Shown in pieces: positions 11,029 to 23,639 of a stretch of 64,000 bases of DNA; position 1 is the first letter of the stretch; each line of letters begins with the position of its first letter. Position numbers and translations under genes: made by a program. The stretch comes from Haliotis cracherodii (lineage: Eukaryota): positions 14,012,001 to 14,076,000 of the forward strand of contig NW_027266271.1 of NCBI RefSeq assembly GCF_022045235.1, in the 5' to 3' direction. Under the pieces are notes generated by a model, which saw only the letters and a list, made by a program, of their open reading frames with translations, searched no databases and was not told where the DNA came from.

Positions 11029-14000
11029 GTAAGTACAACGTACAGATTTTGACTCATTGCCATTGATGACATGTGACAATGGGCGTTGGCTTTGAAATGG
11101 TTACACCCAAACCCAAACCCAAACCCAAACCCAGAGCTACCAAAATGATTGCAAACACCTGGTGTCATCACTGCTTTATTAGTGATCCCTTTATATAATC
11201 AATTCGAACTCAAAGACGCTTTAAAAAAAATGACAGTATGTGTGAAAAGTAAAACATTTATGCAACAGGTTCTGTGTTCTTGTGAAAACTGTTATGGAAC
11301 ACTTAAAGAAAACGTAAATGGATACTTAACAGTAAAAAACAAGTCATATACATCTGATATTTATGTTTAAGTTTCTATGTTAACATAGGTAAAGTGACGT
11401 TTACAACGGTAGGAGCCGGTTCCTTTAAAAATCTCATAGAGAAAGGGGTTGTTGTGGCTGGGAAATCGTCGCTCATGTTCTCCGTCAAGTCCTGTCACAG
11501 TGCCGTTATAGTAATCTCAGACATCATGGCCATCAAGGATACGTCCGGCAACTACTTCCTGCTAATGCTCGGCAACAATGAGAACACCATGGTCGTAGGT
11601 CAGGACAGTTGTTTTGCCTGTAAACGGACGAACTCAACAGCAGTCAAAGCGTTAAACTGTGACGAGATGAAGGATTTCTGGATCAGATGGGACAAAAAGG
11701 GTTTTTTTGAAACGGGATCTGGGACGGCAGTTGGGGTTAATACGTTGTTATCCCTCCAAGGACAGAAGGACATGTACCAAATCAATACCGCCGCTATTAC
11801 GTCCACGAACAAGATAACAGCACTCTGGGAGTTTACGAATGGTAGGTTCAAACAAGATTATGTACATACAAACGCATCTTGTTTGTAATGGCCCCGTGGA
11901 GGTCAAGGGTAGAATGAACCTCCCCATGAACCTATGCTGGACATACGAGGCGACTTAATGGACCGGGTAGTCATGTTCGGTGACTTGGTTGATGGCGTGT
12001 CATAGTACACCGACGGCGTGGGTCGTTTATCACGATATCAATCACTGAATTGTCTAGTATGACGTTGTCTACCTTGAATATTGCTGAGTGCGGAGTTAAA
12101 CAAGAAGCAAAAGCTAGTTTAAGATGGACATCGTTTCTAGAACTCATGTTATTGAATGTTTAATTATATATGTAAGCCGATCAATGAATCTGTAATGATG
12201 GTCTTTTCTGCGAGCTTTTGTTTTCCAATGGACTCTGGGACTATTATGTAGCTTAGCGCTTATTATGTTCGCGCGTCCGAGTTCGATTCATCATATGCGA
12301 AACCAATTATTGGCATTCCCTGCTGCTCTATTGCTGGAATATTCCTGAAAGCAGTATGAAACGATACTACACGCTCATCCTTTCCCCTGGCATCTAAACC
12401 CTTTGTCAAATTAATCCTTACTTATGAAGTCTGCCTGACTATAATAATATTGAATTATATCATATCACAAAAAGACAAATTATATAATGATATATATCAC
12501 AACTATTGACCGAAACATGAAAGAGTTAAACGGTACGTGCCCTATATGCTATCAATGTGTATTTTCACAGAGGACACATCCACGATGATCTATGAGCCTG
12601 TTCCAAGCGGCAGCACGGTGGTAGAGATGAGTGAGACGACCCCAGTCGGGGCGGATGTGTTCGACATAATCCTGAAGCCGCCCAACGAGAATATAACATT
12701 CAGATTAAACGGAAAAACGGCTGACATGTTCTTTGTAAATAAAACAAAGATCAAACTTGCGAAGAGTCTGGACTACGAGATGAAGCAGTTCCATACACTG
12801 TCAATATCGTGAGATAATAACAATCATACTTTGGGAGAGTAGATTCTATTAGAGTGAGCGAGTTTAGTTTAACGCCGCTATAACAGTATTTCAGTTATAT
12901 CACGGCTTGTGCGTTTAATGTCGGAGGAAGCCCGAAGTGATACAGGTCTTAGACGTTTACCACTTTGGGGAAACCCACGGGCAGGGATATGGAGCTGACA
13001 AACCTAGAAACATAATCGGGGCGAACCTGTATGCGAACCCATAATCATAGGATTCTGGCGTATGTAAGGGACGCAACTCTGCACAGCGAATTGCGGCGCC
13101 TTAGACGACTGAGGCAACCGGGCCCAATCTTAAGATTAGAAAATTAATATATCTATGGAGAATAACAATGCTATATCGACGAAAGTATATACTATACATA
13201 TTTAAATGTCGAGATGATTATTATCTTATGTCGAAGATTATATGATTGATGTCTATGGAGTGCTAGTTTTTCATGGTTGTTCTTTATATCCAGACCAAAA
13301 GAAATTTTCATATGAGATTGTGTGCTCGGTCTTTACAAGAAAAAAAAATATTTGTTTAAGTTTTGTAGGATGGAACAATAATACATATTATACACTTTCA
13401 ACCTTTGTGATATTATACGTTTTATATATTGAGCGTAGACGATACATTATACATAGATGCACATAGGTGATTCCATTTTTAGCTGCAGAAACGGACAATG
13501 CGTGCACGTTTCTGATGATATTGTTCGGGTTTATTTGATACCCCTTGAAGTTTGTTTCAATATGTTGTCAGCACAACTGCTGGACTATCCGCTTCAATGA
13601 CTATCGTTGTGCTGAACGCAATAGACGAAATTCCTCAAGTAAATGTCAGTGACCTCGTAATACCGGAAGAACTACCTGTCGGTACAGTGATTGGATGGAA
13701 TCTTACAGTACTAGACCCTGACACAAATGATACATTGTCCTACAAGATAGAAGGTATTTATTTTGTGTTTTGTTTTCCATCCATTGCTGAGTATGTTATG
13801 TCTTTGTTCAGATATGACTTTGCAATTGACTCAGTTCTGTGACAAAATGCATTGGGTCCTTGCACGAGTAATGGACGTAACTCGTGAATTTGGCACCGCT
13901 TACGCGTATTTTTATATTAAGAACAGACATTCAATTGATTAGTCTAATTACTGTGTTTATTGTAACTGATTCCTGATTCCAATGGCACACGGTTATGAAT

Positions 14001-17000
14001 TGCAATTTCTATCTTAGCTAGTATTTCTAGTAGATTATCAATTTCTCTTCCTGACATGTAGTATTGTTTCGATTTTCCTAGGCGTCATAAGTGACATGTT
14101 AACAATTCTACCAAATGGGAATCTTCAAGTCACAAAGAGAATAGATCGAGACACTATGGACAACTCCAGCATCGTGAGCAATCTTACCGTCAGTGTGTCT
14201 GACGCTAAACCTCACACCGTCACAGTTACTATTCCTGTGGCGATCAAGGACTTAAACGACAATCGGCCACAGTTCAACCAAACTATTTACCGGACTGAAA
14301 CACAAGAAAAACCAACCAAAGGTATCTTACAGTGTCGACTAGTCGTATTTGGTTTTAATATTATACACGATGATTAGCTTCAACTAAAAGTACCCAGGAC
14401 CTATTGGCTTAGTCATATGTTATAAATGTAATAGTGTAATTATATTTCAACTGTGCAACTGTATTTACATGTATAGTGCAACGCGGCTAAACGTAATCAT
14501 TCCACTTTATATATGGTTTAATTTGATGGATAATTCTTGTTTGACATTAGAACGATGAGGCTAATGAAACACGAAAATGAAAAAGGTCTCTCCTAGAGTT
14601 ATGCCAGGATACATAATGTAATATAACCAGCGAATCTTTCCAGTATCAGACCAACTATTAAGATGGAGCAGACCTGTTGTCTGAGGTTTTGTTCATCAGA
14701 TAATTCTCCTTAACTCGTCTACCAAGGGCATTATTTTGTGTATTCCTACGCTTTATAAAGCTTATAAATTTTCCAAAAGACGTCCTCAAACGAAATAGAG
14801 AGGGGAGGTCTTAAGGGACCAGTTCAAGTTTTGGGGCATACCTCTCCACCCGCCCCCCAAAATAATTCCGAAAATCCGAAGTCCGAAGTTTCGTGACCTC
14901 TTTTGTCACGCATTCTTGTGCTTTCCCCTATTTTTCAGAACATTTATCGACTGATGTTCATTTACTAGGTGTTGAAAATACTTAGTAGACTTTTTATAGA
15001 ATCTGATCAAATCTGCCATTCTGTATTACGCACTGCACAGATGGACTTACCGCTATTGCCGGCGACTATTCAGTCCTACCTTGTGGACGAATGGATGTAC
15101 TTTGTGACAAATCCTAACAGCATACGAATAAAAATAGGATCGGTTTAGTTTAGTTCCTATGAAAAAAACATTGAGAAATCAGGTAAGATTATTGTGTATG
15201 CATCCGACGTGGAAGTTTTGAACTGGCCCCTAAGACACAGTGTGTATGTCATTTAGAGTGTGATAATGAACACGGGACATGTCCTAACAGACGGGCGAAC
15301 GCTGAACATGTGACAGATGCATTTAATTTGACTTCAGATAGATCACTATTGACCCTGTCGGTCTGGGATGTGGATGAGGGTGGGAATGGTCATGTGAATC
15401 TGAGTATCCTGGAAGGTGGCAACAGTTTTTACCTGAAGAACAGCACTCTGTACGTCAAGGCTGGCCAGCTGGACTATGAAAGATCAAGCACCCACGAGGA
15501 GACTGTCATTGTGCAGGCGGTCGATCTACCTGAATCGGGTCCTTCCCAGTCAGAGACAATCGTCGTCCTTGTTCAAGTGAGTTTTTGAAATATTTGAATT
15601 TAGCATTGATAACGTTATATAGAGAATCTCACCCGAGTGTCTTTTGATATGTTGATATATTTGATATCAAAAGACACGAGGGGGAGATTTTATTTATCAT
15701 CCAATATCATTCTTCCAACTTTTTCAATTTGCAGACAGTAATAAGCAGTGTCTTAAGTGTAAAAGGTACTGCTCATAGCTTCTGTAGCAGAGCCATTGTG
15801 ATGTCATTTGATTGTGATGTCATGGTAACCAGTGACGTCACAATGGTCTGTAAAGCATTGTGATGTAATTTCATTGAAGCGATATCCACAGTGTAGATAT
15901 CGATTGATCTCATCCAAGCGATATCTCCTGTGGGAGCCAGTTTTGGATGATAAATGTTCTGTACATACATAAAAAAATGATTTTCTTGGAATCTTCCCAG
16001 GAGATATAGTTGGAATCGAGGTGAAACACAAAGAGGTACTTTGACCTTGGTAACACATTGATAGTATTTTGCAGGTATAATTTGAAGTATTGTGAGTACT
16101 ATTTATCATGATATCGTGTTATAGTAATTCATATTTACTCTGTAGGTTCTTCAAAAGGAAGCACAGCTGATTTCTTGGCTCTCGCCAGCGTCAGACGGCC
16201 TAGGGAGCTTTAAAGAAATCGTGATGTCGAGTTCGACTCCACTTGGAAGCACAGTGACTAAATTTGAGGTTTCCACCGCCAACAGCAGTGACATCATTCG
16301 CTACAATGTCACATCAAAGTCTTCTGCAGGTAGGTGTACGTTTGTATTGTTCTGACACCCACAACACTGTATGACAGTTCGACCAAAATAATTTAAAGGC
16401 TATGAATAGTGGGTGAACGGAGGACTGGTAGTCGAATGTGCTCAGTTGTTAACATCTGCTTGGTCGCTGTTTTAAATGCTTGGTGTTAACCCCTTTTGTA
16501 ATCCTTGGGATGTCAGTTTTAATATTTCGTCCTGCCTTTTTAACGTATCAAATACGCAAAAAAAGTTATAAAAACGCTATTGAAATATAGCTAATGCGTA
16601 AATTCTAAATATCAGATAAAACGACTCTGTATAATACAACTGCTTGATAAAATGATTGTGTAGCAGCCGATTCCCCTACCGACAATTACATTCGGAAAAG
16701 CTTCTGTGACAGACATACTGATAGATACCAATTGAAAAGCTCATCGTGCCTAGTCAATGTTCACGTTGTATCTTATTTAGTCGGTGATTGGTAATTCAAA
16801 CAACAGTGCCTTTCTTACAATATTAGGTTTTGCAAACAAAAAATGGCTTCCGGAGAGGGAGCCGAAGCAATACGCAGACAGGTATACTACTATTCATGTA
16901 GTTTTAAATTATTTACATGGATTGTTACGAAACAGGTTTTAAGTTAAATACCCAAATGTCAAGAAAGAGGTGGGTAAAAAATGAATACTCTCTAAAGCTT

Positions 17001-20000
17001 GTGGATACCCAATCAAAATCAAACCCCTGGGTAAAATACCGAAATGACCAAAAGCTTATCTTTTGCTCTGTTTTATATATCATAAGTGAAGAAGAGTTAC
17101 AGTGACTGACAGATATTTTTCGGACACTCCATCTAAGTTTTAACCTTTACTTTCGAGATGAACGATGAACGTCTTGCAATTCTTTCATGACGTCGTTTCT
17201 AGAGATTCATTATGGTGACGTAGTACATTGGCCGATCATATTTTTGCACCCATATTTGTTTATTCTCCCTGCAGTGTTTTATTGCATGATACACACTCAT
17301 CCCGTTTGTTTCTTAAATATCCGAGGTTTAATGACATGGCACATCAATAATTCGTGGTATAACACATGTCTTATTAAAATGGTTTGAATATTCTATTCTT
17401 CCTCAGAGTTTGATCTCAACCCTGATACAGGTGTGCTGAAGACAAAGTCGATGTTAGAAAGGCCATCCTACACTGTCATTATTTCTGCAACCAGCGGCAA
17501 TATCTCAATCAGCGGCACCTTAACAGTTATGGTCCAGAAAGCATTAGATACAAACAAGAACGATTCCCAAACTGTTCAGTTTGATAGATCCGTGTATATG
17601 GTATCAAGACCAGTCATGGGGGATGAAGGCAAATCTCTTGTACAAATTCGTGTTCTCGCCCCAAATGCATCTGTCATTAACATTTCAATGGACGCCGAAG
17701 GTAAGAAGGCATTCGTGCTGAAGAAAGGAAACCATTTCTGGAATCTTGTAGCCAGGCAACACGCTGTTTCTATACCTTCTGTCATAAACCTTACCGCCAT
17801 AGATCTGAATAGCACCAAAAGAGACACTTCGTTTGTTGTGGTGAATGGTTCATTCACGATACAGGGAACACCATCCCATACTGAAGCTAGGACCTCAATG
17901 GCATCGACAAACACACCATCATGCGCCACACAGTCGTCGGCCGAAATAGTTACAGCAACTGAGTCACAACATACCACAGCTTCTACAACTGTGGCAACTA
18001 CGATGACGACGACGACGACCGTAATACCGACCACCGTTACAGCATCTACCCGTCAAACTAATATTGGATCAGATTCAAAAACGATGAGAGGTAATCAGAT
18101 CGTTTTTCACTAAAAACAAGATTAAACTTGTAAACAACTGGATTGGACATGCAACATTTATTTTATGAAAGAGGGCAAAACACCATTATTGATTTTTCTT
18201 TTCTTTCACAGAATGTCCTCCCCCAAGCAGAACGAAAGAGGTTGCCTACATCAGCGTCATAGCTACCCAGGGTCTGGCTGTGGGAGCTCTGATAGGAGTT
18301 AAAGTTTTTGCAATAATGAAAAGGTTGGTAAAAATAGCGGTCAAATGTCGTTGTATCAAGGCCGCTTATCTTCAAATATCGTCAACCATTTTATTTCAAA
18401 ATATATATATTAAAATATGGGTTTCCTATTTACACAAAGTATTTCAACTCGTCAATTGACACTATAGCTGAAAAAATGATCGGTTCACTCATCAAAAAGT
18501 CCTTTCTACAAAATCATTGATCTCTCTCAATGACTTGTATCTCTCATTCAGACCATGATCCCTTTAACTCTCATAACGTCTCGAAACCATTCAATCATTT
18601 GCCCCTACACAGATCGACTGGCATCTTTCATTCACCCCGGTCCGTGAAGATCCGGCTGAGAACTGGTCTTCAGCAACCCATACTTGTCTTAAGAGGGGAC
18701 TAAGAGGATCGGGTTGTCCGATTCGCTAACTTGAAGCATGACATTGTATCCCAATTGCGTAGATCGATGATCATAGTGTTAATCACTGGATTGTCTGGTC
18801 CTGAATCAATTATTTACAGAGCGCCATGATGCTGCTGGAATATTGCTAAGTGACGCATTAAACAACAAATAAACACTCACCTTCTTAGTTCACCAATGAT
18901 CCCCTTTCACTTGTCCCCCTCTGTATAATGGTCATCACCACTTTGTCAGTCAAGTGACCTCTCCAACTAACCCATTAACACCTTGGGGATTCATAGGTAT
19001 AATAATGCTTATAATACGAGTCAACTGACACGACTGGTTGCGTTTACATCGTCTTTCGTCGAAGAGTGCTTATGCATTCTGTGACAGATTTGGCCGCAGA
19101 TCCAGACTCGATTGTTTGAAGGCTGCTATGAAATATGTGGAATGTTGCTCAATCACATTCACCGACTCACTCAAACATTCACTCGGTCACTGGTCCATTA
19201 AAGTCACCTCTGACCATTCCCACGCCCACTGGTTTCTTTCACACGCCCATTAAATCCTTTCATACGTCCATTGGTTCCTCTTATTAACCCACGGATTTCT
19301 ATCGCATGCCAAAAGGTTTCTGTCACTCGCCCATTGGTTCATCATCCTCAGCCTCAGTTTTCTTTTACACGCGCACTCGTTTCTCACATACGTCCTATTG
19401 TTATTTTCACACGCCCATTAGTTCCTCTCATTCACCTCGTTGTTTTCACATGCCAAAAGGTACCTTTCACACGTCCATTGGTTACCTTATTCACCCACAT
19501 GTCCACTTTTCCACTAGCTTACGTTTTCTTATGTCTCACTCACCTGCTCATCCCCCATACTCGATGCCACGTTTCATAGTGCAACAATTCCACCAATCCC
19601 TCATTCAGTGTTATACAGTTCAACGACACAAGCTACTTTTTATGCTTTCTTAATATGACAGGAAAAAGAAGAAGAATGCGATAGAGCCCGAAAGGCGAGA
19701 ACCTGTTGGATGTGAACCAGGTACTTTCATTTATGAAACTAGCGTATATTCAACACGTATGTCAATTCAGCTTCTTGCCAGAAACATCATGGTAATGTCA
19801 GGAGTGGTGATTAAGTTGAGATGGCATAGTCCTTATTTATGCATTAGTAGTTAAATAGTTAATACCATGATTTTGACGTTCCACGCACAATATTATTAAA
19901 CACAAGTTTAAACTTTGTCCTTTTAGTGTGTTTGAGGGGAGATATTCTATATCTAACTCAAACATGTAGATACGTTCCCATTGGAAAACAATTTATTCAC

Positions 20001-21718
20001 ATTCACCAATCCTCATGCAACTGAATGTGTAATTGATTTCAACGATAACTTTGCTATTCCTCAATCTCGCGTGATATGGAAATATACATTTTATTCTTTA
20101 TCATTGATCACGTTGTGTCTAACTATTATGTTTTCTAGAACGAAATTACTCTTCAAGAAAAGGAAATATAAAAAATGAAGCCACTTGTGAAGATACCATT
20201 TTGGAGATCGAAGACGAAACCAAGAACAGAAACCATATTTATAGCAAGGATCCTGTGCATGGAAAGGAGTGGACTCAAGATAAACTCAACCAAAATAGCC
20301 TTAAAGATGTAAACATTGAGAGCGACGCTGTAGTGCCTGGGAAACTGTCTTGCCTTGAAGTTGGGAAAGATTGTCTCGAGGATTCCAGTTCAACACATAG
20401 TAACGATTATGATAGTGGTGACAAAGAATCTGTTAAACCTGATGCTACTGATTCAGAAGTAAAACAAACATACCCTGACGAGGGAAAACGGTGTGGTACG
20501 GAAGAAAGAGGATCTTCAGTAGTTGAACCTTCAGAACTACCAACAAACCACGAAACTGAAGATCACAGTAGAGCTGATGATTCAAATGTGTCAGATGATG
20601 TTTCTGAAAGAAAGACAGACATCGGTACACGTCAACCTGAAGTACTGAATGAGGGAGAAACAGCCACTGATCATGAGGAGACAGATAGAACACCTATTTT
20701 AAGAGACGAGGAAATTAAAGAGTATGAAGACATTCTGAATCAAGATATGACTTCAGTCGAGAGCCATGTTGAGACGGGTAATAACACCATAGAGGAACCT
20801 CTTAGGCCCAATACTGAGGGTACATTGGATGGTGAAAAGTCAGAAGAACCGTGGAATCTCCAAGGATTGACTCCTGCATATTTAAGCCATTTGCCCGGTA
20901 ACACGCCAGAAAGCCCAACACAAGACGAAGAAAAAAATGCATCTGTGTATGCAGAGAGTACTGTGAATGAGACAGTGGCTCTATCGGACTTCATTGCCCA
21001 AGATGATGACTTTGACTACACCATCAGTAGAATGGAAGAAGGAAATCGGGTAATGAAGGATAACACAATGGACACCCAAGTAAATATCGACTCTCTTCCA
21101 AATTTCCAAGTTCGTGATATGTACAGCAGAGTACACACGTCACCGTTGGAGATGACCTCGCCATGCATCCTCGTCGAGAAGAGGGAACAGAAACATGTTA
21201 TAAACACTACCAATATTAACAAACAAAAGGACCAGAATAAAGTATCTGGCCAAACTCAGGCTGTAGACACCCTTATATCGAGGCTAAGTCCTTCTGAGGG
21301 TGCAGGCACACAACACTCTGTCTTACCTCAATCAGGACAACCATTTCCAGAAACTGCATCTAATGCACATAAGAACAACACAAAAGTAACTGACAATGGT
21401 TTCAATTCAGAAGATGACGACGACGATGAGGAAGAAGAAGAGGAGGAGGGGGAAGACATAAAGGAGCCAGCACCAGAGGGTAATGGTACAGCCCCTGCTA
21501 CAACATACCTTTCATCACAAACAGTGGCGGCATTGAACATAGAGTCTGTCAAGCAGGATGTGACGAGGTCCCAGGCTCAGAACATCCCAGTAGACACCAT
21601 TCCCCCAGAGTCAAAAAAGTCAAAAAAGGATGGAAAGAAAAAGAAAGGCGAAAAGAAAGGCAAATCAAAAAAGAAAGGTGCTTCAAAGAAAAAGAACAAG
21701 AAAGGAAAAGGAAAATAG
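10962..21718 (+). CDS. Cadherin-related single-pass membrane protein with N-terminal Methyltransf_FA-like domain (11 exons, 1345 aa)
   Basis: Exons 10962-11028, 11389-11841, 12571-12808, 13572-13753, 14082-14321, 15338-15576, 16146-16329, 17407-18090, 18212-18323, 19662-19720, 20139-21718. All introns are GT-AG with matching phases; total 4038 nt, open to TAG. Cadherin motifs PEELPVG, LDYE, DPD, DLNDNRPQF, DVDEGGNG. Confidence 0.85.
11105..11132 (+). repeat. (AAACCC)n microsatellite in intron 1
   Basis: Direct reading, about 4.5 units. Confidence 0.9.
11389..11841 (+). CDS. Exon 2: Methyltransf_FA / FAMeT-like beta domain
   Basis: FSVKSCHSAVIVIS...LMLGNNEN...LNCDEMKDFWIRW...GSG...ALWEF matches the remembered family pattern; symmetric phase 1-1 exon. 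Confidence 0.75.
11890..12110 (+). mobile_element. SINE-like family B, old copy in intron 2
   Basis: CCCCGTGGAGGTC...GAGGCGACT...GAATATTGCTGAGTGCGGAGTTAAAC. Confidence 0.7.
12245..12378 (+). mobile_element. SINE family A, degenerate
   Basis: GAGTTCGATTC B box; ATTGCTGGAATATTCCTGAAAGC tail. Confidence 0.55.
12571..12808 (+). CDS. Exon 3: cadherin repeat 1
   Basis: VEMSETTPVG...KSLDYE; acceptor TTTTCACAG, donor GTGAGA. Confidence 0.85.
12852..13125 (-). mobile_element. SINE family C in intron 3
   Basis: GGAGGAAGCCCGAAGTGATACAGGTCTTAGACGTTTACCA shared with the 2699 and 8607 copies. Confidence 0.8.
13572..13753 (+). CDS. Exon 4: cadherin repeats 1/2
   Basis: NAIDEIPQ...IPEELPVG...LDPDTND; acceptor position less certain. 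Confidence 0.8.
14082..14321 (+). CDS. Exon 5: cadherin repeats 2/3
   Basis: IDRD...VSD...DLNDNRPQF; acceptor TTTTCCTAG. Confidence 0.88.
14815..15230. mobile_element. MITE, PIF/Harbinger-like
   Basis: TIRs GGGACCAGTTCAA / TTGAACTGGCCCC (12 of 13 match), flanked by TAA on both sides. Confidence 0.7.
15338..15576 (+). CDS. Exon 6: cadherin repeat 3
   Basis: WDVDEGGNG...LDYE...QAVD; donor GTGAGT. Confidence 0.88.
15617..15955. mobile_element. Non-autonomous element with terminal hairpin and asymmetric inverted repeat
   Basis: 26-bp-arm hairpin 15625-15689, plus perfect 13-bp IR ATTTATCATCCAA (15692) / TTGGATGATAAAT (15943). Confidence 0.6.
16146..16329 (+). CDS. Exon 7: degenerate cadherin repeat 4 (not in ORF track)
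   Basis: VLQKEAQLISW...MSSSTPLGSTVTKFEVS...IRYNV; phase 0 to 1 links exons 6 and 8. Confidence 0.8.
17407..18090 (+). CDS. Exon 8: degenerate cadherin repeats 4/5 plus Thr-rich mucin-like stalk
   Basis: FDLNPDTGVL...QFDRSVY...TTASTTVATTMTTTTTVIPTT. Confidence 0.85.
18212..18323 (+). CDS. Exon 9: transmembrane helix
   Basis: Strong polypyrimidine acceptor; VAYISVIATQGLAVGALIGVKVFAIM. Confidence 0.8.
18640..18875 (+). mobile_element. SINE-like family B in intron 9
   Basis: CCGTGAAGATCCGG...GGTCTTCAGCAACCC...GCTGGAATATTGCTAAG. Confidence 0.85.
19160..19610 (+). repeat. Degenerate ~21-bp minisatellite
   Basis: Recurrent CACACGCCCATTGGTTCCTTT-like units. Confidence 0.7.
19662..19720 (+). CDS. 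Exon 10: basic juxtamembrane segment
   Basis: RKKKKNAIEPERREPVGCEP fits the positive-inside rule; phase 2 to 1. Confidence 0.75.
20139..21718 (+). CDS. Exon 11: acidic low-complexity cytoplasmic tail with Lys-rich C-terminus
   Basis: Acceptor TTTTCTAG, in frame with the 505-aa ORF 20201-21718. Confidence 0.85.
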
Positions 21719-22408
21719 CACTTTACATGATTGTATTAATGTCAGTGGGATATCTTGCAACAGATTAAATGTTATACATGATTGTGTGTACGTGCTTTTG
21801 GATGAAGGTGAACCACACTCAAGAGCAAGCGGGTTGAGAGACTGATTTCAGTTTTGACAGTATGACAAAATGCGTCACTTTATTAATGTGAGCAAGGGAC
21901 ACTCATATTTTAGCATTCATGTCATATCCGTATTCATTTAATGATTGACAGTAATGTATTTAAGTGTACATTGTAGCATGTATTATTGATTTCACCTTTC
22001 GTATATTTTGTAAAACCAAAAACTATTTGATGTATTCGTATACGACAAAGTAAGGACATTCAATCTTGTCGGGAAATAATGTAGACATCGCAATGCAGTA
22101 ACGGCAAAGAGCTTCAATAACAAAGGAAATATATATCATACCCACAATTACATAGTTTTTCGTTTGAATGCTAATTTGATCAAAGTTGACTATTTTTGTG
22201 AGTGAGTGAGCGAGTGAGTGAGTTTAATTTATGGTCACATGTTTTATTTGTGGTACGGGGGTTATGGAAATTATATGTGTGAACTACTACAGTGTTTCTG
22301 TTTTTATCATTTATCTGGTGGAAAGAGTGTACATGTTGCCAAGTTGCAAATTCAGCTACTGGTACCCTTCGTATACAATAACATCGTTTTTCAACATTGA
22401 ATTGAATT

Positions 22409-22555
22409 GGTAGAACGCCCGCCCGGAGTGTCGAGTGTCCGGGGTTCGATCCCCGGCAGCGTCATACCAAAAGACGTTAAAAGATGGTACTGCCTGGCGC
22501 TTTAGGCATTAAGGGGCTAAAACAAGGACTGGTCGGCTCGGAGTAAGTATACTGT
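22409..22555 (+). mobile_element. tRNA-derived SINE family D, truncated
   Basis: TGGTAGAACG...GGGTTCGATCCCCGG head, then GTCATACCAAAAGACG...ATGGTACTGCCTGGCGC body. Confidence 0.75.
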
Positions 22556-23639
22556 GTTATTATTGAATATCGAATTCGCCTTTGTTAAAATACTGTTTGT
22601 ATGAAAACTCATCACAGAAATATGTGCCTTGTTAGATTGATAGACGCCCTCTAAAAGGATTTCTTCCATGGCTTTTTGTAATCCTGTATTCTGGATGAAC
22701 CGCAAGTGGTATCGAAGCTAACTTGACCATGCTTGTTCAGACTTTGTAAGATGATTAATTATCATTGATGGATACAATAACATCTTTGTGTCCATAACTA
22801 CACCAAATACATACCACCAATGTACAACACACTTCGAGAGTGATTTTCTATGAATGGAATGGTGAGGATAATATGAAGATTAAAATTTCATTTTAGATCT
22901 GTTCGTTATTGATTACTTTACATTCAACACGCACATAAGGAGTAGAAGTACAATAGACAGCTATGAGTGTCAAGTAGGTCTATCATAAAAGAGCCGTTCG
23001 AAAGAGAGACATGGTTCAAACATATTGTAAGTACTGGAATCGATTTTTCTATGCAGTGGTTAACATGACATGTGACGTCAAACGTAGATTGCCTTAATCG
23101 GCACAACCCCGAGAACGGATTAATTCATAGATCCAGTCTGTCGTCGACATTTTGGCCATTTCGTCCCATATTCCGTCAAGCGGTATTTGTTGGACAACCA
23201 GGAGGATGCGGGACAACGGGCACGTGCAATGCCAATTATCGATATATTGAGCAATTTTCTGGACAAGTTAACCTGTTTCCTAAGTCGAAGACCACATTGG
23301 TGCCTGCAGACCACACAGCCAAACAAACACAGTTGCGTGTGTTCTAATTGGGTATATAAAAAGGTATGCGTGAAATGTTACTATGTTCCGCTATTAATTT
23401 TAGTATATTACCAAGCCATTTTACGAAACAATCAAATTTAGAGTAATACCAAATATTATATGATCCTAAGAAAAATGCAATGAGTTCTGGAAATTATAAC
23501 TAATTTGTGTATTTCTTCTTGAAAACGTCTTTCAAGACATTAAACCTTTTTTTAATTAAAGATATCACACATTGGACACTCACGTGAAACAAGGTCTTTT
23601 TTAAAAAGCGGAAAAATACATGCTTATGTTCTAAAATAA

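Noticed and set aside
11105-11132. Interstitial telomere
   Set aside because: Unit is AAACCC rather than TAACCC, and there are only about 4.5 copies
11389-11841. Functional farnesoic acid O-methyltransferase enzyme gene
   Set aside because: No SAM-binding motif is visible, and the domain is predicted to be extracellular within a membrane protein
13483-13501. Alternative acceptor or micro-exon (SCRNGQC) before exon 4
   Set aside because: Its frame does not join the cadherin frame and there is no convincing donor; RNA-seq would be needed
17576-18034. 152-aa minus-strand ORF and other antisense ORFs in exons 2 and 11
   Set aside because: Antisense shadows of real exons
19271-19653. Two overlapping ORFs of 102 and 115 aa
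   Set aside because: They lie in a degenerate 21-bp minisatellite within an intron
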